The notes: generated by a model from the sequence alone, not told the origin. Counted from the first letter of the stretch, positions 31,704 through 42,494 are shown. The stretch is 64,000 bases of DNA from an uncultured virus (IMG/VR IMGVR_UViG_3300028327_000691) (IMGVR_UViG_3300028327_000691), one strand, 5' to 3'. Numbers and translations are program-made.

Positions 31704-32903
31704 ATGTCCAGACCAAAAAACGAAGATAACTTTCGTCTCTTCAAAAGAAAACTTGGTGGAAAAGAAGTCCTTTATGTCCGAATTCTTGATGTAGACGGAA
31801 CAATTATCGCTACTCGTTCAACAGGAACATCCGATGAACGCAAGGCAGTTAAGAAAGCTATCGAAATCCTTAAAATAACTCCCAAAAACCCAATGAAGCA
31901 AGATCCACATTTTGTTGATGCCTTACTTAACTTTTGGCAGCGGGATAGTGAGTACATCAAAGCTAGGAAATTGGATGGCCACATCCTCTCAAACGCCTAC
32001 ATTGATAAAACTAAATATTACATTGAAAGCCTTGTGAAAACTTTCACGCCATTTAATAAATTGCGACTTTCTCAAGTAACTCCCAGAGTATTAGATAGAT
32101 GGCGAACCAGTGTTGGTTATTCCGATGCAAGCCGTAAAGGTGTTAACCATGCTCTTAATGGGATTCGGGTATTTTTACGATGGGCATTTTTCCAAGGGTT
32201 TATTCCAAACGATCCTACCACTTCATTCAAATATATAGCTTACAAACCACAAGAAAAAGGGGCATTAAGCCGAGAGGAAATGGGTAAAATAGAAGCCATT
32301 GAATGGCCGGATCTACGTCAAAAAGCAACTCTTGTTCTTGGCTTTTCCTGTGGTTTACGAAGAGGGGAAATCAGAGCTTTACGATGGAAGCATGTTGATT
32401 TGGTAAGCAATACAATAACCGTTGTTGAAAATTACACCGATGATGACGGCATGAAAGAACCAAAAGCCGGTTCATCCCGCATTGTCCCAGTTTTTGGTAT
32501 GGTATTGGAAATACTGAACGAACTTAAGCGAACTAATCCATATGGAGGCGAACCGGATGACTTTATCCTTCCTAATGTCGAACAAGATAAGCCTCTTGCG
32601 GCAATCACGATAAAAAGAGGCTTTGAACGGATCATGGATGCTATCGGGATTGATAAAGATACTAGGGCGAAACGGAGACTCTCATTTCATTCCATGCGGC
32701 ATTCCTTTGTAACACGCGCACGGGAAGCCGGATTGTCAGATTTTATCGTTTCTTCGCTTTCCGGACACAAAACAACCCGAATGGTTAATCATTACTCCCA
32801 TCAAACATTGACAGCAGTGGAGTCTGCAAGAGGATCGTTGGAAACAGCGTTTAAGCAGGATGAAGGAAACAAGCAAAATAAGGAGATTTCTCATGCAAAT
32901 TAA
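31704..32903 (+). CDS. Tyrosine integrase of element 2
   Basis: RSTGT arm domain; GLRRGEIRAL, PKAG, HSMRHSF, SGH..MVNHY. Confidence 0.95.
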   Translation: MSRPKNEDNFRLFKRKLGGKEVLYVRILDVDGTIIATRSTGTSDERKAVKKAIEILKITPKNPMKQDPHFVDALLNFWQRDSEYIKARKLDGHILSNAYIDKTKYYIESLVKTFTPFNKLRLSQVTPRVLDRWRTSVGYSDASRKGVNHALNGIRVFLRWAFFQGFIPNDPTTSFKYIAYKPQEKGALSREEMGKIEAIEWPDLRQKATLVLGFSCGLRRGEIRALRWKHVDLVSNTITVVENYTDDDGMKEPKAGSSRIVPVFGMVLEILNELKRTNPYGGEPDDFILPNVEQDKPLAAITIKRGFERIMDAIGIDKDTRAKRRLSFHSMRHSFVTRAREAGLSDFIVSSLSGHKTTRMVNHYSHQTLTAVESARGSLETAFKQDEGNKQNKEISHAN

Positions 32904-33816
32904 GGATTTTAAAGACAAAGACAATTATATTCCTGATTTAGCCTACCTTGCATATTTTTATTACAGATTTTCCTCTCTCGACGACTCAGAAATAAAAAAT
33001 CTTGCAAATGATCGTATCAAACGTTTTCAGGCGATTATAAATGAAAGATTAAAACAAGGGCAAGATATAAATGATGTTTCTCCACTCTTCCAATTAAACA
33101 TATATTTAGGTTCCACAGTGGAAAATACGACTCCATTCTTACCTAATCTATCATCTTTAATAAACTACGATGTTTTTGAACCACGCTTGAAAATCACAAA
33201 AGCTCTTATTGACCATAAATTCTTAACCTTTGATTCAGGTATGCTTTTTGAGAATAAGTTTATATTGGGTTTTGAAAATCGTATTTTTGACGGAATACCA
33301 ATCGTTTGGAAAGGTAATTTGAACTCTTTAGTAACGCTTATCCATATATTATTCATCTTAGGAAAGATAGAAACAGAGGATAATTTTGATACTATGATTC
33401 ATAGAAAACGTCCGAAACGAGAAAAGAATCATTCTCAAAAACATTGGCGACTGGAGTTCCCCAATGTGCCCACCCTTATTGCCGGAAAATATATGAAAAA
33501 TGACAAAGAGAAAACGCCCAAGGGCAATTTCTTTATTAATAATTCAGATAGCAATAAGAAGTGGCATACTATATATCGACGATGTGAAGGAATTAGGAAA
33601 CAACTATGGTCATTTTTTGAAAAAGTGAGAGGGTCTCCCAAGGGAGAAATATTGGATTACCTTATCAAGAATAAGGATAATTTCAATTTTCTTGAACCTT
33701 CAAAAATGGAAGGGGAAATCGACCTTCAGATTATAGAATTGGTTTGTGAGTGTTATAAAAAGCCTAATATATCAAATTCCTACAAACCATTGCTTTTACT
33801 TAAGAAAAATAAGTAA
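32893..33816 (+). CDS. Hypothetical protein
   Basis: Long ORF; AGGAG RBS before ATG 32893. Confidence 0.7.
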   Translation: MQIKDFKDKDNYIPDLAYLAYFYYRFSSLDDSEIKNLANDRIKRFQAIINERLKQGQDINDVSPLFQLNIYLGSTVENTTPFLPNLSSLINYDVFEPRLKITKALIDHKFLTFDSGMLFENKFILGFENRIFDGIPIVWKGNLNSLVTLIHILFILGKIETEDNFDTMIHRKRPKREKNHSQKHWRLEFPNVPTLIAGKYMKNDKEKTPKGNFFINNSDSNKKWHTIYRRCEGIRKQLWSFFEKVRGSPKGEILDYLIKNKDNFNFLEPSKMEGEIDLQIIELVCECYKKPNISNSYKPLLLLKKNK

Positions 33817-33874
33817 ATTCGTCAACTACTTGCAAAATTTTCTGGTGTTTTTATCCGAAAACAAGCACTCTTAT

Positions 33875-33912
33875 ATTGATTCCAATACGGTTTTACTTTG
33901 ATTGGAATCAAT
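33875..33912. promoter_or_regulatory. Perfect 12-bp inverted repeat upstream of the xis-like gene
   Basis: ATTGATTCCAAT-N14-ATTGGAATCAAT. Confidence 0.55.
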
Positions 33913-33925
33913 TTAGGAGGTCAAT

Positions 33926-34129
33926 ATGCATTTATTAACGTACACGGAATTGGGTAAGGAGCTTTCATTGTCTATCCGTTATCTTCAAAAATGTGTAAAA
34001 CACAAGAATCTGCCTTATGTTCGGTTTGGGCGAGCCATCAGATTTGATCCAATAAAAATAACTGAATGGGTAAATAATCGAAATCAGGGTACTGATAACT
34101 CCGATAGAAAAGATAACCACAAGTATTAA
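33926..34129 (+). CDS. Excisionase-like HTH_17 protein
   Basis: LLTYTELGKELSLS..LPYVRFGRAIRFD. Confidence 0.85.
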   Translation: MHLLTYTELGKELSLSIRYLQKCVKHKNLPYVRFGRAIRFDPIKITEWVNNRNQGTDNSDRKDNHKY

Positions 34130-34176
34130 GCTGGCAATCACCGTGTAAAAACAACTATCTTGGAGAAGATTATTCA

Positions 34177-35994
34177 ATGAAAAATGCACTAAAAATTTTA
34201 GAACTATTAGCAAATCAACATAGTAGGGATACTCATATAATAACAATACAGGAATCAGACACATCATCTGAGGCTACATCCGAAACTTATAAGTTAATCT
34301 CTAAAAACAAGGATAGTATTAATGATGAGTATATTCGTATGCTTATTGAGAAAGTCCTTGACAACTCTTATTTAAAATCCGCATTTTCAGACTCCATTTC
34401 AGATATTTTAGATGTTTTTAAGCATATAACAGGACTTATTAAGAAAATAGATTTTGTTTTTGCTGTGTTATTCGATTGTATATATGAAGAAAAATTATGG
34501 GATTGCTATGGCTATAAATCATTAGACAGCTTTTTGTATGGTTTACCAAGTGTATACAGAATCAGTAGAATTACCTTTATAAATATTGCAAATGCCGGAA
34601 AAATAATTCGACATCTTAAATTCCCTATAAAAGGTACATCGGGAGAAAATATTTCGTTAACCCCAGAATTACTACATCGGAATTATTCTAAGCTTAAATT
34701 TCTTTATCGTATACATTTTGTATGGGGATTAATGATTACATATGATGTTTTGGTTAATTTTCGTGATTTAAAATATCGTGATTTCAACATTTTTGTTAAT
34801 GAATATAAAGAACTTCATAAAAATTTGATTAAGCAAACGTATCATCGTAAAAGTTTCTTGACAAAAGAAAGTAGGGACTTTATTTGTTTTCTTCATGGAA
34901 GACCATTTAAAGTTGATAAACTCACAGACTTGGATTTAATAATATATAAAGAAGTCAGGTTAGGACATATAGTAAGATATATTTATAGCGATAATCCTAT
35001 TTTTATTGATAGTGTTAAGAATTATTTACAGAATTTCTATGAAAAAAATGACGAACAAAACCATCAATGTTCCTATCCTGCATCAGAAAAACATTTAGAA
35101 TATCAATCAAATACACCTCTGTATGATGCAGATTGGGTAAAATATGTATCTGATAACTTAGGTTTAACGATAGAGTATATAACTGAATTTTTTCTTAATT
35201 TGAACTCAGATGATTTTAGGAAAACATTCATCAAAAAATTCCAGAACAAAACTGAGCTAATTCTTGCGCAAGCATCTTTAATTTATATTATTGAGCATAA
35301 TAAAAAACTACATTCTTCGATATATGATTATTTTGAAGAAAATAAAATTGAATGTCTGTATTCTTCTCTCGAAATCAATTTTGCTATAAGTGTTCTTGAA
35401 TTAAATCTTTCATATTATAAATGGTTGAAGCGTATAGGAAATAGTATACCTTACTTAAAATTATTAAAAAACGTAAATAATTTTACCGGGAACTTCTTGG
35501 ATAAATTATCATATCTTAAAACAGCTTTTGAAAATCATTCAGAAAACCCACAACTTATTACAGATGCCTTTATTAAGCTATCCGCAAAAAGATTTAGAAA
35601 ATTTGCATCCGATAAGAATGATGATTTATCTCATGACTTGATAAATAGGAGTGATTATATAAAAGCTCGACCAATAATTAATAAGGTAAAAAGTAGTATG
35701 ATATATGGACGTGCAATAACTCCCATTACTCTACAATCAGATAAGCAGATAAAATTGCTTTATGATATCAACCAAATAATTGAAAAAAAGGATATAGAAT
35801 TAATGGAAAAACATCCTGAGATTAATTGGGATTCAGAATTCCATGCTGAAATAGAAAAAGAAAAAAGAAGAATGGCTATTCGTAAAAAACATAATAATGC
35901 TCCTAGATATTCAGGATTAGAAGGATTAGTTAGTAGTCTTTGTGATGCTGAGAACGAAATAAATGAACTCGAAGGAAACCCAGAGCGTTACTAA
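34177..35994 (+). CDS. Hypothetical protein with internal duplication, plasmid-partition(PF49)-like motif
   Basis: EKLWDCYGYKSLDSFL; two YSKLKFL/LDKLSYL-type units. Confidence 0.55.
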   Translation: MKNALKILELLANQHSRDTHIITIQESDTSSEATSETYKLISKNKDSINDEYIRMLIEKVLDNSYLKSAFSDSISDILDVFKHITGLIKKIDFVFAVLFDCIYEEKLWDCYGYKSLDSFLYGLPSVYRISRITFINIANAGKIIRHLKFPIKGTSGENISLTPELLHRNYSKLKFLYRIHFVWGLMITYDVLVNFRDLKYRDFNIFVNEYKELHKNLIKQTYHRKSFLTKESRDFICFLHGRPFKVDKLTDLDLIIYKEVRLGHIVRYIYSDNPIFIDSVKNYLQNFYEKNDEQNHQCSYPASEKHLEYQSNTPLYDADWVKYVSDNLGLTIEYITEFFLNLNSDDFRKTFIKKFQNKTELILAQASLIYIIEHNKKLHSSIYDYFEENKIECLYSSLEINFAISVLELNLSYYKWLKRIGNSIPYLKLLKNVNNFTGNFLDKLSYLKTAFENHSENPQLITDAFIKLSAKRFRKFASDKNDDLSHDLINRSDYIKARPIINKVKSSMIYGRAITPITLQSDKQIKLLYDINQIIEKKDIELMEKHPEINWDSEFHAEIEKEKRRMAIRKKHNNAPRYSGLEGLVSSLCDAENEINELEGNPERY

Positions 35995-36547
35995 TATTAT
36001 TTTATTATTTTATATTCGCTCGTTTATCATATACGGACTTACCAACCGGATAAAACCGTAAGAGCATAGAAGCCCTTTAAGTCAAAGGATTTCTTCTGCG
36101 TACATGTATTCTTACGGTCATGTTTCCGGGTTGGTAACCGGCGCAGATTAAATCCTCTGGTTTAGAGGGCTTTTTCTGTCTGGTACGCAGTGTTTTGGCT
36201 GACAGATGTTTTGGAACATTGGGTGGTCTCAAGTCGATCAAGGTGAGCGCAAAAGACTTAAGCGGTGGAGGCGTGAAGAACAGGCCGCTGAGCGCACAAC
36301 ATGGCAATGTTGAAATATCTGACTAGCGTAGGGAGTGCCACGATCCTACGCCTCGGGATGTCGAATAGAGACAAAGCCGGGTAGCCCCAGCCAACGGTTC
36401 ATACACCGGCGGGTTGGGAGGCTTTGCTCGGGACATATATTTCTATATCAAGAAATATATAAATAATAATCAAATTTATCTTACTTTCATAAACAATAAC
36501 TGTATTTCAAATGAAATACTTCCTAATATTCCAAATAGGAGGTAATC

Positions 36548-37189
36548 ATGTTAAATACTTTATCCTATCAAGAAGACTTATTTGAGCAGGCTCCTGAATC
36601 CAGCAATCTACTCCCATCATTCCCGTCAATCCTATTTCCGGACTTCGGGAATAAGCCCATCGCCGCTTCATCTAACGATTCAGCCACAGACGGCTTTACC
36701 ATTGATAATCTTAACAAAGCATCTTGGGCAGTTGCAAAAATCCTAGAAGCCGATACCCGAATAGCACAACGCACACATCTTGCCAAGGAATTCAAATCCC
36801 GAATTGATGCATGGCTTGATTCAGCAAATAAACAAGATGATGATTCCATTTCCTATCTGTCATTTCTTCTGGAACCCTATGTCAAGAATGAAATTTCCAA
36901 ACTCCATAACTCAAAGACACTCAGCCTTCCTACAGGCACAGCGTCATTCCGCAAGCTCCCTGACCGCCTTGATATTACGGACAGCACAACAGCCCTGACC
37001 TACTGCGAGAAAGAGCACCCGGAAGCCGTCATCATCAAAAAAGAACTTGATAAGTCCATTCTTAAAGACCTCATTCTTAAACAAGCTGAGCCCATTCCCG
37101 GCATTGAGGCAGAACTCGGCATGGATAAACTCTATGTCAAGCCTCTCAAACTACAGACAGCCGAATTCAAAGAAAAGAACGTAGCATGA
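36548..37189 (+). CDS. Mu Gam-like host-nuclease inhibitor family protein
   Basis: ASWAVAKI..IDAWL..LEPY..KTLSLPTGTASFRK..LDK. Confidence 0.75.
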   Translation: MLNTLSYQEDLFEQAPESSNLLPSFPSILFPDFGNKPIAASSNDSATDGFTIDNLNKASWAVAKILEADTRIAQRTHLAKEFKSRIDAWLDSANKQDDDSISYLSFLLEPYVKNEISKLHNSKTLSLPTGTASFRKLPDRLDITDSTTALTYCEKEHPEAVIIKKELDKSILKDLILKQAEPIPGIEAELGMDKLYVKPLKLQTAEFKEKNVA

Positions 37190-37635
37190 AAGAATCAATT
37201 CAGATAAAAAGCCCTGAAGCAGTTTTGCCCTATCTACGAAAATGGCGAAAACAGAAACAGGAGAACTTTCTCATAATCACGCTCAATAGCGTACATGAAA
37301 TTATTAAAATACACCATATAAGCAAAGGGCTAATCAACAAGACTATTATCCATCCAAGAGAATGCTTTTATCCCGCCATTAAAGACCTTGCGGTATCAGT
37401 CATTCTAATCCATAACCACCCGTCAGGTTCAATCCTTTCAAGCCCGGAAGATGACGAAATCACCAAGCGTATGTGCATGACAGCAGAAATATTAGGCATA
37501 AATGTTTTAGATCACATCATCATCTCTCCGAGAAATAATTTTTATTCATACAGGAAAGAAGGAAAAATGCCCAACAACCATGAAGCATACGAACTTGAAA
37601 ACTTCGTAGAATCCATTAAAAAAGACTACACATGA
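37186..37635 (+). CDS. radC: RadC-like JAB domain protein
   Basis: HPRECF..HNHPSG..S..D..LDHII. Confidence 0.92.
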   Translation: MKESIQIKSPEAVLPYLRKWRKQKQENFLIITLNSVHEIIKIHHISKGLINKTIIHPRECFYPAIKDLAVSVILIHNHPSGSILSSPEDDEITKRMCMTAEILGINVLDHIIISPRNNFYSYRKEGKMPNNHEAYELENFVESIKKDYT

Positions 37636-37864
37636 TAAAATAGTCAATAATACAAATTTTAAATACTTTAAACAGATTAAGAAACATACATCACCATACT
37701 ACACCCCCATTTTTCAACCTAACGCCCACCCTAAAACAAAATAAACTCCCTATAACATCCTTTATTTATTTTGAATATAAAATTTACATATCTGTCAAAT
37801 ACTTTTCGTTCTTAACCTATTCATAAAAAAGATTCTAAATGCGGATACGCAAAGGAGAACGATA

Positions 37865-38254
37865 ATGAACAATTTAAACTCAATTTTAATCGAGGGCAAT
37901 CTTGTCAGAGACGCAAAAACAAGCACCACGCCAAAGGGAATAACGGTCTGTAATTTTTCGATTGCATCCAACCGTTTCTTCAAACAGGACTCCGGACTTG
38001 AAAAAGAAGTTTCATTTTTCAATGTGCAGGCATGGTCAAAGCTTGCAGAAACAGCTAGTAGTCTTGGTCGAAAAGGCCGTGGTGTCCGTGTCGTAGGCCG
38101 GCTCAAACAGGATCGCTGGCAAGGCGTAGATGGTAAACCGCAGTCTAGGGTTACGATTGTTGCCGAACACATTGAATTCAGACCGGAGTTCAAAAAAGAA
38201 ACGTACACTGAACAAGAAGCAATTGAAGAAGAAAACTTTGCTTCAGAGTTTTAA
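37865..38254 (+). CDS. ssb: Single-stranded DNA-binding protein
   Basis: Close paralogue of 12883-13302. Confidence 0.95.
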   Translation: MNNLNSILIEGNLVRDAKTSTTPKGITVCNFSIASNRFFKQDSGLEKEVSFFNVQAWSKLAETASSLGRKGRGVRVVGRLKQDRWQGVDGKPQSRVTIVAEHIEFRPEFKKETYTEQEAIEEENFASEF

Positions 38255-38278
38255 GAAAAACCTGTTTTTACAAACTGA

Positions 38279-38295
38279 GTGCCATCTTTTGGCAC
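38279..38295 (+). promoter_or_regulatory. GTGYCA-N5-TGRCAC box 1
   Basis: GTGCCA tcttt TGGCAC, N10, GATTAT. Confidence 0.7.
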
Positions 38296-38326
38296 TCATG
38301 TATGAGATTATATCAAGGGTGGTAAA

Positions 38327-38629
38327 ATGTCGCGTTCATATAGACATAGCTTTCATTGGCACTATGTAGGAGATAGTAATAAACTATCCCGTTCTTTTGC
38401 GAATCGTCATCTACGCCGTATTATAAAAAAGGCTATTTCATCAATGAAAGAAATTGAAGATATTGATATCCTTCCTATTCGCCTTCGTGAAGTCTATAGT
38501 GTTTATGACTTTGCTACAGATGGACTTGGCGGGTTTTCACCTTCCTTACCCGAATGGGTGATAAATAACCCAAGTTACCTTCCAAATGCCACTACAGAAC
38601 GTAAAATACATAAATTTATAGCTAAATAA
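38327..38629 (+). CDS. Small basic hypothetical protein (MSRSY)
   Basis: 100-aa ORF after box 1. Confidence 0.65.
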   Translation: MSRSYRHSFHWHYVGDSNKLSRSFANRHLRRIIKKAISSMKEIEDIDILPIRLREVYSVYDFATDGLGGFSPSLPEWVINNPSYLPNATTERKIHKFIAK

Positions 38630-38830
38630 ATTTGGAATTTCAATAAATTGTAACTTACATATACCTTTCAATAATATTTTACTAGTATTTAATAAATTAA
38701 ATCTCAAATGGGAGATATAATCTTATATACCATAGTTAAATAAAATTATTATATTTTAATATATAATTCCAATAATAATTATACTACCGTTATACCCACT
38801 GCCTATTTTTAATTACATGGAGGCTACGGT

Positions 38831-40033
38831 ATGCAGGAACTATCTTCTGTAAGAGCAAAATATTGGGCAAATCAAGTTGAGGATAATATATTAAAAGGCA
38901 AGCCAGTCCCCGACCACTTTTGCAAAGCACTTGAACGTCAGACTTTTATATCAAAAGTTATCACACCCAAAGGAATAACTCAGTATGTGCCTAATCGTTC
39001 ATCAGCCGCAGTTGACGCTCTTAAAGAGATGTACTCCCATTTCCCCGAACAGTTATCAATTATTCTTTCGGTAGACTCGCCTATCAATATTAAGATGACT
39101 GCTATCCGAAAAAAGAAGACAGTAATCAAAAAAGAAGCTACCATTAAAAAGGTAAAGTTCCGTGCGCCTAAGTACGCAAAACATATCGAAAAATTAATTG
39201 AACATGAAAAACCAATTTTATTGGTTGGTCCCGCAGGTTGTGGCAAGTCTAAGTTGTTCTATGAGATAGCTAAAAAAGCGAAAAAACAAATATATCGGGT
39301 TAACTTTGACGGTGGCATGACACCTGACGCATTCCTTGGCGGTATACGCCTGAGAACTGTCAAGAATCCGGATGGCACATCAATTCAAGAAACATATTTT
39401 CAAGAAGGCCCCGTAGTAAAAGCCGCTAAAGAAGGAGCATGGTTATTGCTTGATGAAATTGACAAGGTACAGCCCGAATATGCCGCCGCAATGCACGCTA
39501 TGATTGAAAATATACGCAATCCCATTGTTCTCAATGATGATGGCGGGCGGACTGTCATTCCTCATTCAGATTTTAGGATCATGGCGACCGCTAACACGCT
39601 CGGCAGTATAGAGGATAATTCTTTAGGCTACTATGGATCTTCTCCTATGAACGCAGCGTTTCTTGATCGTTTTAGTATTCTGCAAGTTGCCTATCCTGCT
39701 GATGAGGTTTCAATCGTCAATGACATTTTAGACAATATAAGCCTATCTGAAAAAATGGTACAAGTCGCAAAATTAGCACGTCAAGCTATGGGCGAAGGTC
39801 AGTTAAATGGGACACCCTTTTCAACCCGCCGCCTAATTTCATGGGCATCGACTTTCAAATATCTGAATAATTTTGATTACGCCACAGAACTTGAAATTCT
39901 TGGACGCTACACCACAGCGGCTAGATCATTAGTAGAATCGTTTATAACAAACGTTTTCGGTAACAGATGGCAATGTTTTACCGAAACTCCCGATGCTTCA
40001 GAAGCTACCACAATAGTATCGGAAGCGGCATGA
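38831..40033 (+). CDS. MoxR/CbbQ-CobS-type AAA+ ATPase
   Basis: GPAGCGKS, LLDEID, FRIMATAN, AFLDRF, STRRL. Confidence 0.9.
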   Translation: MQELSSVRAKYWANQVEDNILKGKPVPDHFCKALERQTFISKVITPKGITQYVPNRSSAAVDALKEMYSHFPEQLSIILSVDSPINIKMTAIRKKKTVIKKEATIKKVKFRAPKYAKHIEKLIEHEKPILLVGPAGCGKSKLFYEIAKKAKKQIYRVNFDGGMTPDAFLGGIRLRTVKNPDGTSIQETYFQEGPVVKAAKEGAWLLLDEIDKVQPEYAAAMHAMIENIRNPIVLNDDGGRTVIPHSDFRIMATANTLGSIEDNSLGYYGSSPMNAAFLDRFSILQVAYPADEVSIVNDILDNISLSEKMVQVAKLARQAMGEGQLNGTPFSTRRLISWASTFKYLNNFDYATELEILGRYTTAARSLVESFITNVFGNRWQCFTETPDASEATTIVSEAA

Positions 40034-41859
40034 AAAAACAGATAGACCTTGATTTTGAACAATCACGGTATACGCCTTTCTCTTTGATGGAATATACCTC
40101 AGCCATGACCGAGGAAACCGGAATCCGTGTTATAGAATCCCGTAGCGCAGAAACTGCCTCTGTTGACCCAATAACAAAGACAATAATTATCCCGTCTGTA
40201 GATTACTCAGAACCCATGACCAGAGAACGTTACCGAATTACCAAAGGTTATATTGATCATGAAATAGCCCACATGCTCTATCCAGACCCCTCATATCTAG
40301 GTATAAGCAACAATACTGTCTTTAATATCGCCAATCTCATTGACGATATCAGAATTGAATCCTTACACGCAAAAAACTATGTTGGCATTGACGAGGATTT
40401 TCACAATCTAAATCAGATTTTCTATGATGACGAGCGTTTCTTTAACCGAGATAACCTTCATGAAAAATCCCTGTCCTCTATTATGGGAACCATTGCGCTT
40501 TCCTATTTTGGTATAAAACACAAAGAAGCGTTTAACCAAGAAGTATTTGATTTTTTGAATAAAGACGTATTTCCCATAATAGACAAACATATCCGTAATC
40601 CTACTCCCAACGCTTTGAATACAGCCGAACAAATAGAAAAACTTATACAAGATTTTCTTAATCAAGAAACATCTTCTTTTCAAGTAAAAGTCAGTTCTAC
40701 TAAAAAAGATAATGCGGGTATTGTTGATAAGGCAGATAATTGTCAATCTGATGACAGCGAAACTGAATCTAAAGAACAATCCAGTTCTCCCTCTACTGGC
40801 ACATCATCAGGTAACGCTAAAAATGAAACCGATAAGACAGAATCTTCTACAGAACAAAAAGAACAAAACAAAGAAGCATCCGGCTGTGATGTATCATCTC
40901 ATATGGTTAAGCAAATTGGAAAAGGCTCGACTTTCACTCCACCGCCAAAAGGTACCATTGGCGAATACCATGACACAGTCGCCGATCTCGCTGATAAGAA
41001 ATGCTTTTCTATGTCTAAGACAGTGAATACTGACCTTTATCAATCAATCTGCAATGACTATAAGGCTGTTATGTCGTCATATCGGAATATGTTCGGCTCG
41101 TTTCTTATTTCAACATCACGCTGTCGTATACTCAAGACATATGCCGGAAAGTTCAACCATCGAGATGTCGTACATGCTGTCTCATCCTCAAACCCACGCA
41201 TATTTACCCGTGAAGTAAAAGGGCGGCAATTCGGCTATGATGTAAGCCTGCTCATGGACTGTTCAGGCTCAATGGGCGAGTTTTCAAGTGATATTCATAC
41301 ATGTTCATCTAAAATTGACATGGCTTATAAGACGCTTGTTATTTTGGCAGAGGCACTACACGGACTGTCTGGTATTAACCTTGAAATCCTTGCGTTTACC
41401 GCCGATCAACAATACAAATCAGGATGGTCAAAAGCAAAGCATAATCGTTGTAACAACCAATTATTTATACTCAAGGCATTTAACGATAATTCAGTTGGAG
41501 CGCTTCCATACTTCCCATCATTCCACAAAGAATATGATTTACCTCGTAATAATTTTGATATAGGCGCAATCAAACTAAGTTCTAGGCGTCTCCGTCTAAT
41601 GCCTTCAGATAATCGGAAATTATTGATAGTTTTATCGGACGGTCAGCCCTCATCAGAAATATCACATAGCACGGAACTCCTTAGATCATATGTGGAAGAA
41701 TTATCCCATATCCATCCAATAATGGGGATTGGACTTGAGAACCCACTCATTGAAAATTGTTATCCGGGAGCCATGAATATCACTAATTTATCCGAATTAG
41801 GTGGGCATATATTCAACGGAATCAAGGCTTTCTTAATAAAACAGATGAGATATTCATAA
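40030..41859 (+). CDS. CobT-like VWA protein with HExxH motif
   Basis: DHEIAH, DDIRIE; DCSGSM and VLSDGQP MIDAS; ATG overlaps the ATPase stop (ATGA). Confidence 0.85.
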   Translation: MKKQIDLDFEQSRYTPFSLMEYTSAMTEETGIRVIESRSAETASVDPITKTIIIPSVDYSEPMTRERYRITKGYIDHEIAHMLYPDPSYLGISNNTVFNIANLIDDIRIESLHAKNYVGIDEDFHNLNQIFYDDERFFNRDNLHEKSLSSIMGTIALSYFGIKHKEAFNQEVFDFLNKDVFPIIDKHIRNPTPNALNTAEQIEKLIQDFLNQETSSFQVKVSSTKKDNAGIVDKADNCQSDDSETESKEQSSSPSTGTSSGNAKNETDKTESSTEQKEQNKEASGCDVSSHMVKQIGKGSTFTPPPKGTIGEYHDTVADLADKKCFSMSKTVNTDLYQSICNDYKAVMSSYRNMFGSFLISTSRCRILKTYAGKFNHRDVVHAVSSSNPRIFTREVKGRQFGYDVSLLMDCSGSMGEFSSDIHTCSSKIDMAYKTLVILAEALHGLSGINLEILAFTADQQYKSGWSKAKHNRCNNQLFILKAFNDNSVGALPYFPSFHKEYDLPRNNFDIGAIKLSSRRLRLMPSDNRKLLIVLSDGQPSSEISHSTELLRSYVEELSHIHPIMGIGLENPLIENCYPGAMNITNLSELGGHIFNGIKAFLIKQMRYS

Positions 41860-41875
41860 AATTATCTTTGTTAAA

Positions 41876-41892
41876 GTGCCATGTTTTGGCAC
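41876..41892 (+). promoter_or_regulatory. GTGYCA-N5-TGRCAC box 2
   Basis: GTGCCA tgttt TGGCAC, N10, TATATT. Confidence 0.75.
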
Positions 41893-41943
41893 TGTTACTA
41901 AGTATATTTACGTTCTATCATTCATTAATAGGAGAATAAATGT

Positions 41944-42129
41944 ATGCCCAATGAAAATAAAGTAGAATCAATATCAAAAGTAGATCAGACAAAGTCAAAG
42001 TTTGATTTTTCAAATGTCAATCTTGCAACAGGAGAGGGCATGAAAGAAATATTCGATTCCTGGGATGAAATGGACGAATATTTCGACGCTTATGCTGAAG
42101 CCTGTGAGAAAGCAGGAGTTCCATTATGA
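41944..42129 (+). CDS. Small acidic protein, putative antitoxin
   Basis: 61 aa, overlaps the toxin start (ATGA). Confidence 0.55.
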   Translation: MPNENKVESISKVDQTKSKFDFSNVNLATGEGMKEIFDSWDEMDEYFDAYAEACEKAGVPL

Positions 42130-42494
42130 GATATACATATGCTACAGTAGTTCTTCGCCATAGGGCTGCTTATCTGAAGAAACATGATCCTCAGCGTTAT
42201 TCTAAGATTAGAGCTGTAGCAATAGATGTTGCTAAAGATCCGCACTATTTCATTGGGTGTGGTAGAGAATTAGCTAACGGGCGTTCTAGAGCCTATGATG
42301 CTGAGAGATTACAAGGAAAAGAAAATGCATATTCATGTCATATAACCGGTCCCGATATACTAAAGTATACTATAGAAGGCGATGTGTTTGTAATTCACCA
42401 GTTCGAAGGTCATTATAATGATGCTTCTTCATTAGCAGATAAATTATGGGACTCCTCCCTAGACGAATCCTTCAGCGCAGAGGCATTAACATGA
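42126..42494 (+). CDS. Txe/YoeB-like toxin (divergent)
   Basis: KI..DP..G..ERL..YS.HI..LKY.I..GHY pattern. Confidence 0.6.
   Translation: MRYTYATVVLRHRAAYLKKHDPQRYSKIRAVAIDVAKDPHYFIGCGRELANGRSRAYDAERLQGKENAYSCHITGPDILKYTIEGDVFVIHQFEGHYNDASSLADKLWDSSLDESFSAEALT

Noticed and set aside
36077..36307. 76-aa minus-strand ORF
   Set aside because: No RBS or family motif; lies in the structured non-coding region
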